From Promethearchaeia archaeon (lineage in GTDB: Archaea > Asgardarchaeota > Lokiarchaeia > Sigyniarchaeales > SOKP01), in assembly GCA_029856145.1 (NCBI GenBank), contig JAHQWK010000019.1, positions 1,927-65,926 on the forward strand: 64,000 bases of DNA. Reading direction: 5' to 3'. A model generated the notes under the pieces. That model had not been told where the DNA came from. It did no database searches and saw nothing but the letters and a program-made list of their open reading frames with translations. This document shows positions 59,565 through 64,000 of the stretch, in pieces. Within the stretch, counting starts at the first letter, position 1. Each line of letters starts with the position of its first letter. The translations under genes were made by a program, and so were the position numbers.

Positions 59565-60851
59565 GTGAATAAACTAGAAATGCTAAATAGAATAATTCCA
59601 TATAGAATGTTGTATGAAGCGGTTACATCTACTTATGGATTAGTTGAAGGCATACTCCCAGATAGTGGAATACCTTCATTAAGAATTGGATTAAAACATT
59701 TAAAATCAGTGATGGAAGAATATATCCAAAAAGCTAGAGAAGGATTACCTATAATTGGACACCATTTTTCTTTTCCTACAGAGTATCTTTCTTGTTTCGA
59801 ATGTGTCCCCGTTTGCATTGAAGCTGTTTCATATTTATTAGCAGCATTGTTACCACACGGTTCCGAACCATATTATGATTTAATCACTAATTGGGGTCAT
59901 CCCTTTCATACATGTACCTCACAAAAAGGTACAATGGGAATGACTTTAGATGATTTATTTAAATTTGATGCTATAATAACTCCAACAGCTCCGTGTGATA
60001 ATACTTATGCATCATATCCGTTTTTCTCTTATTATAAAAAAATCCCACTGATCGCACCTGACTTACCTTTTTTGAAAGAGGAAAAGAGTTATCATTATCA
60101 TGGTGAACAAATTCATCTGGGATTAGAAGCGTTAGGTAAAGTTATTAATCAAAAACCTAATTATAATAAATTAAGAAAATCAATTGAAATAGAAAACCAA
60201 GTTTCTAAGATACAATTGGAAATTTTCGATTTAAAAAAGGCAAAACCATGTCCAGTAGAGAATATGTTTAATGTAATGTCGGCTGCCGCATCAATTTACT
60301 TCTCTGGGCGTAATGAAAAATTAAGTTTTTATAATGATATGCTAGAAATTGCACAAAATCGGTATAAGAATAGTAAACATCATGCTGGAGAAGAAAAAAT
60401 TAGGAGTATTTGGCCATATATGGTTATATTTTTTGATTTAGAACTTGGAGAATGGTTAGATCGCCATCTAGGAATGTCCATTCTATTTGATATTTTTAAT
60501 TATAATTTTGCTGAACCAATTAATACGAAATCAGATTTAGATACTATGCTTTATGGAATGGCAAAAAAATCAATGGAAGCTCCTATGGTTAAGCAATCTG
60601 CAGAGTTTTACTATTCATTTATAGATGATTGTGTTCAATTTGCAAAAGATTATTCCGCTGATTGTTTTATCTTTACATCACATATAGGTTGCAAGCAATT
60701 TGGAAGTGTTCCTCAGATTTTAAGAGAAGCTTTAAGAGATGAAGTTGGCATACCAATGCTCCTAATTGATGTGGATGTAGGCGATGCCCGATTTGCTTCT
60801 GAGAAAATTATAAGAGAAAAAATTAAAATGTTTGCTCAAACTCTAATGTAA
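59565..60851 (+). CDS. 2-hydroxyacyl-CoA dehydratase-family subunit (HgdA-like)
   Basis: HTCTSQKG, TAPCD, SHIGCKQ, IDVDVGD.R. Confidence 0.85.
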   Translation: MNKLEMLNRIIPYRMLYEAVTSTYGLVEGILPDSGIPSLRIGLKHLKSVMEEYIQKAREGLPIIGHHFSFPTEYLSCFECVPVCIEAVSYLLAALLPHGSEPYYDLITNWGHPFHTCTSQKGTMGMTLDDLFKFDAIITPTAPCDNTYASYPFFSYYKKIPLIAPDLPFLKEEKSYHYHGEQIHLGLEALGKVINQKPNYNKLRKSIEIENQVSKIQLEIFDLKKAKPCPVENMFNVMSAAASIYFSGRNEKLSFYNDMLEIAQNRYKNSKHHAGEEKIRSIWPYMVIFFDLELGEWLDRHLGMSILFDIFNYNFAEPINTKSDLDTMLYGMAKKSMEAPMVKQSAEFYYSFIDDCVQFAKDYSADCFIFTSHIGCKQFGSVPQILREALRDEVGIPMLLIDVDVGDARFASEKIIREKIKMFAQTLM

Positions 60852-60968
60852 AATTTATTAAAATTTCTCTGTAATTTTAAACTATTATACGAAAACGCTT
60901 TAATATCATTAAGTCAATATTTTTAAATATTATCTTATAATTAAAATACTTAAAAGGGCAAATTTAAA

Positions 60969-62444
60969 ATGAATAATAGCAGTATTGTAGCAGAATTAGG
61001 AAAAATTGTTGGAGATCGATATGTATCTGAAGAACCAGAAATACAATTTTTATACCATTATGATTTTATAACCGCAGAACCAGAAGGCAAATGTGATATT
61101 GCTATAATGCCTGAAACTGCTGAAGAAGTCCAAGAAATTGTAAAAATTGCGAATAAATATAAGATTCCAATCGTTCCATGGGTTTCAGGGATTAATTTTG
61201 GCTCGATTGCTACACCTCGAAAAGGAGGTATTGTTGTAGATTTACGGCGCATGAATCGGGTGCTTGAAGTAAATGAGGATGATATGTATGCTTTGATTGA
61301 AGGTGGGACAACATGGGCAGATTTCAAAGGATACCTAGATAAACATCATCCCAACTTTAGGGCAGGAGTAACTTTTTCCCCTCCTGGTACCGGTGTAATT
61401 CCCTCATGTTTATGTTATGGAATGTTTGATCTAGGGATGCTCGGAGGTACTGGAGCAGAATTCCTTAATGGATTAGAGGTAATTCTACCAACAGGGGAAT
61501 TAATAAGAGCTGGCTCATGTAGCCTTACTGATTATTGGTACGGTAGACAGCCTTTACCAGATATTTCAGGATTATTTATTGGATGGGAGGGCACAACTGG
61601 AATTGTAACAAAAGCAGCAATAAAAATATGGCCAAAACTCCCATATCGAACTGATTTTCTTCCTTTTGCAGCAAGAGTTGAAGATGGTGTTCCTATGTTG
61701 CTTAAATTATCAAAAGCTGGGTTAGGAATTGTAGACCTCTTAATGACAAATATGGGATGGGCTCAATCTCTTCAATGTTTTGATCAGAAAAGTGTAGCAA
61801 TAGACCCTGTATCACTTGGGCTACCTGATTTTATTGGCTTAATTACAACTGAAGCATATACAGAAGAACAGCATAAAGCACAATGTGATGCTATAAAAAA
61901 GATATGTAGGGAGTATGGCATTGAACCCTTGACTGCTGATGTACAAGTAAGAAATTTTCCAAAAAGTATGAGGGGTGTATTGGGTCATATTTTTCCAATA
62001 ACAGGAGGTCAAATGCCAATACAATTTTGGGGTTGTTGGAATTTTACTAGAGGTGGTGGAGGAGAATGGATTGGATGTTATAATTCAACACGTAATATCA
62101 TAAAATATTATGATCTATCAAGAGAGATTTGTCTTAAACATGGAAAATCACCTCAATACTATTGTAGAATTATGTTTGGGGGGCATTATTGTGTGACTAG
62201 GACAAATGTGAATTTCAATAAAAATGATCCAGAGGATATAAAAAAAACAAGGCAAATTCTAAAGGAAATTCATGATGCTGTTCAAAAACTTGAAGGAACA
62301 ATAATGTATAAACCTCCAAAATGGGTAGTTCAACACCATAAAGATAAAACCCTTCCAGAAACAAGGAATCTAATTGAGAGAATAAAAAAATTTCTTGATC
62401 CAAATAATATTATGAATCCAGGACAGGGTATTGGAGATGATTAA
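60969..62444 (+). CDS. FAD-linked oxidase (GlcD/D-lactate dehydrogenase/alkyl-DHAP synthase family)
   Basis: PETAEEVQ, GGIVVDLRRMN, GLEVILPTG, GWEGTTGIVT, LDPNNIMNPG. Confidence 0.9.
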   Translation: MNNSSIVAELGKIVGDRYVSEEPEIQFLYHYDFITAEPEGKCDIAIMPETAEEVQEIVKIANKYKIPIVPWVSGINFGSIATPRKGGIVVDLRRMNRVLEVNEDDMYALIEGGTTWADFKGYLDKHHPNFRAGVTFSPPGTGVIPSCLCYGMFDLGMLGGTGAEFLNGLEVILPTGELIRAGSCSLTDYWYGRQPLPDISGLFIGWEGTTGIVTKAAIKIWPKLPYRTDFLPFAARVEDGVPMLLKLSKAGLGIVDLLMTNMGWAQSLQCFDQKSVAIDPVSLGLPDFIGLITTEAYTEEQHKAQCDAIKKICREYGIEPLTADVQVRNFPKSMRGVLGHIFPITGGQMPIQFWGCWNFTRGGGGEWIGCYNSTRNIIKYYDLSREICLKHGKSPQYYCRIMFGGHYCVTRTNVNFNKNDPEDIKKTRQILKEIHDAVQKLEGTIMYKPPKWVVQHHKDKTLPETRNLIERIKKFLDPNNIMNPGQGIGDD

Positions 62445-62445
62445 A

Positions 62446-63696
62446 ATGGTGAAAGAAGAAAAAATAAAATTTGTAGATGGTAAAGGCATAACTCGTATTG
62501 AAACCGTCCCAGATCAACAAAAACTTGATAGACATAAAAATTTAGAATATTATAAAGACATCTTATATCAATGTGGAAAATGTGGTACATGCCGAACTGG
62601 ATATCAGGAAGAGGGTTGGTTTCGAGTTTGTCCCTCTGGAGAATTTGGAAAGTTTGAGGCTTATTATTTAGGAGGAAAAAATCTCATTTCTTGGGGAATT
62701 ACTTCGGGGCGTTTAGATTGGACAGAAAATTTAGCAAATATATTTTACCAATGTTCCGTTTGCTTAGCGTGTATTCAGCAATGTCAAATCCCAGAGATTC
62801 ATAATTATGCTGGCGAATGGCTAATGGCATTTAGAGAGGAAGCAGTTAAAAAAGGTTTTGGTCCAATGCCTGAACAAAAAAAGTATACTGATCATATTAG
62901 TAAAGAACATAATCCCTATATGGAAAAGCATAAAGATAGAACAAACTGGATTACCTCGAACATTAAACAAAGCCCTAACGCAAAATTGATATATTTTGTC
63001 GGTTGCACTACGAGTTATCGAGAAAAAAGTGTAGCTATAGCTACAGCTGAAATATTAAATTCGTTACAAATTGATTTTAGAATATTTAAGGATGAACAAT
63101 GTTGTGGATCTCCTGTATATATGACTGGACAAACTGAAAAAGCAAAAAAAATTGCTGAGACTAATGTAGATTTCTTTAAAAATGAAGGAATTGAAAAAAT
63201 AATAACATCTTGCGCTGGTTGTTATCGAACATTAAAAGAGACGTACCCTAAGAAATTTGGGCTTGACCATGGTATTGAGATACTTCATTTACCTGAGTTT
63301 ATTCAGGAAAAACTGAAAAATAATGAGATAAAATTCAATAACAATTTAAACATGAAAACAACATATCACGATCCTTGTCATATTGGTCGTCACATGGGAA
63401 TCTATGAACCTCCTAGAGAAGTACTGAATAGTATTCCTGGTATTGAATTAATAGAAATGCCAAGAAATAAACAAAATGCTTGGTGTTGTGGTTCTGGAGG
63501 AGGTGTGAGGTCAGCATTTAAAGATTTATCGAGTTTTGCTGCGAATGAAAGAATTGAGGAAGCAAAAGAAACCACTGCCGAAGCAATTGTATCCTGCTGC
63601 CCATTCTGTTTAAACCAATTCAAGACAAATATTAAAAATGATGAAATTAAAACATTCGATCTATCAGAATTAATAAATAAAGCAATTAAGAGTTAA
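62446..63696 (+). CDS. GlcF/HdrD-type Fe-S oxidoreductase (CCG domains)
   Basis: CGKCGTC, CSVCLAC..C, QCCG, YHDPCH.GR, CCGSGGG, CPFC. Confidence 0.9.
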   Translation: MVKEEKIKFVDGKGITRIETVPDQQKLDRHKNLEYYKDILYQCGKCGTCRTGYQEEGWFRVCPSGEFGKFEAYYLGGKNLISWGITSGRLDWTENLANIFYQCSVCLACIQQCQIPEIHNYAGEWLMAFREEAVKKGFGPMPEQKKYTDHISKEHNPYMEKHKDRTNWITSNIKQSPNAKLIYFVGCTTSYREKSVAIATAEILNSLQIDFRIFKDEQCCGSPVYMTGQTEKAKKIAETNVDFFKNEGIEKIITSCAGCYRTLKETYPKKFGLDHGIEILHLPEFIQEKLKNNEIKFNNNLNMKTTYHDPCHIGRHMGIYEPPREVLNSIPGIELIEMPRNKQNAWCCGSGGGVRSAFKDLSSFAANERIEEAKETTAEAIVSCCPFCLNQFKTNIKNDEIKTFDLSELINKAIKS

Positions 63697-63748
63697 ACCT
63701 ATTAATCCTTTTTTTATATTATCTTTATAGAAATATAAATGCGATTAA

Positions 63749-64000
63749 ATGAAAATCGAATTACTAGAAGAAATTCTTGATAATTTAAGGAATTATTTAA
63801 ACTCTGAATCTCAAAAAGGGAAAAACATATTAATCTATGAAAAAAAACCTAATTCCTCTAAATTATTTAAAAAGTTAGATATCAAAGTTGAATTAGATAA
63901 ACACAAAGAGATAATTCTTCAAGAAGAAACTAAGCTTGAACTGGGGGGTATCAACAAAAAGTCCTTTTCTTTAATCTATCCCTTTTCTAATTTAGATTTT
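63749..64000 (+). CDS. Partial CDS running off the window; weak resemblance to CdhC/ACS-beta-related proteins
   Basis: 84 open codons from ATG 63749. IILQEETKLELGG..SFSL. Confidence 0.55.
   Translation, partial: MKIELLEEILDNLRNYLNSESQKGKNILIYEKKPNSSKLFKKLDIKVELDKHKEIILQEETKLELGGINKKSFSLIYPFSNLDF

Noticed and set aside
1860-63623. Numerous 60-130 aa ORFs overlapping the major genes (e.g. 3108-3407, 8624-8992, 42150-42548, 44859-45155, 56468-56797)
   Set aside because: Antisense or alternate-frame shadows of well-supported CDSs, with no motifs.

Overview
AT-rich archaeal window, most likely an Asgard (Lokiarchaeia-like) genome. This is inferred from the archaeal DRG GTPase, SAMP/MoaD, GGTGA-type Shine-Dalgarno (SD) motifs, many non-ATG starts and a roadblock-like protein. 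Anaerobic acyl-CoA and aromatic catabolism dominates: EtfAB, a complete Azoarcus-type (Bzd) class I benzoyl-CoA reductase cluster (oah-dch-had-bzdNOPQ-M-V), CoA ligase, thiolase, further 2-hydroxyacyl-CoA dehydratases, a tungsten AOR and a divergent B12-dependent acyl-CoA mutase with MeaB. There is also a membrane/ion island with 3 MscS, CorA, an ArsB/NhaD permease and coiled-coil paralogs. The standout observation is a 32-nt insertion (55806-55837) inside the DxHxxG cobalamin-binding motif of the mutase small-subunit gene. It folds into a canonical bulge-helix-bulge (BHB) motif, and cutting at the standard BHB positions restores the frame and motif exactly, making it a candidate endonuclease-spliced mRNA intron in a metabolic gene. 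Also found: two small ORFs missed by the track, several gene relics, a candidate sRNA and non-canonical start codons. All calls come from reading the sequence; no searches were run.
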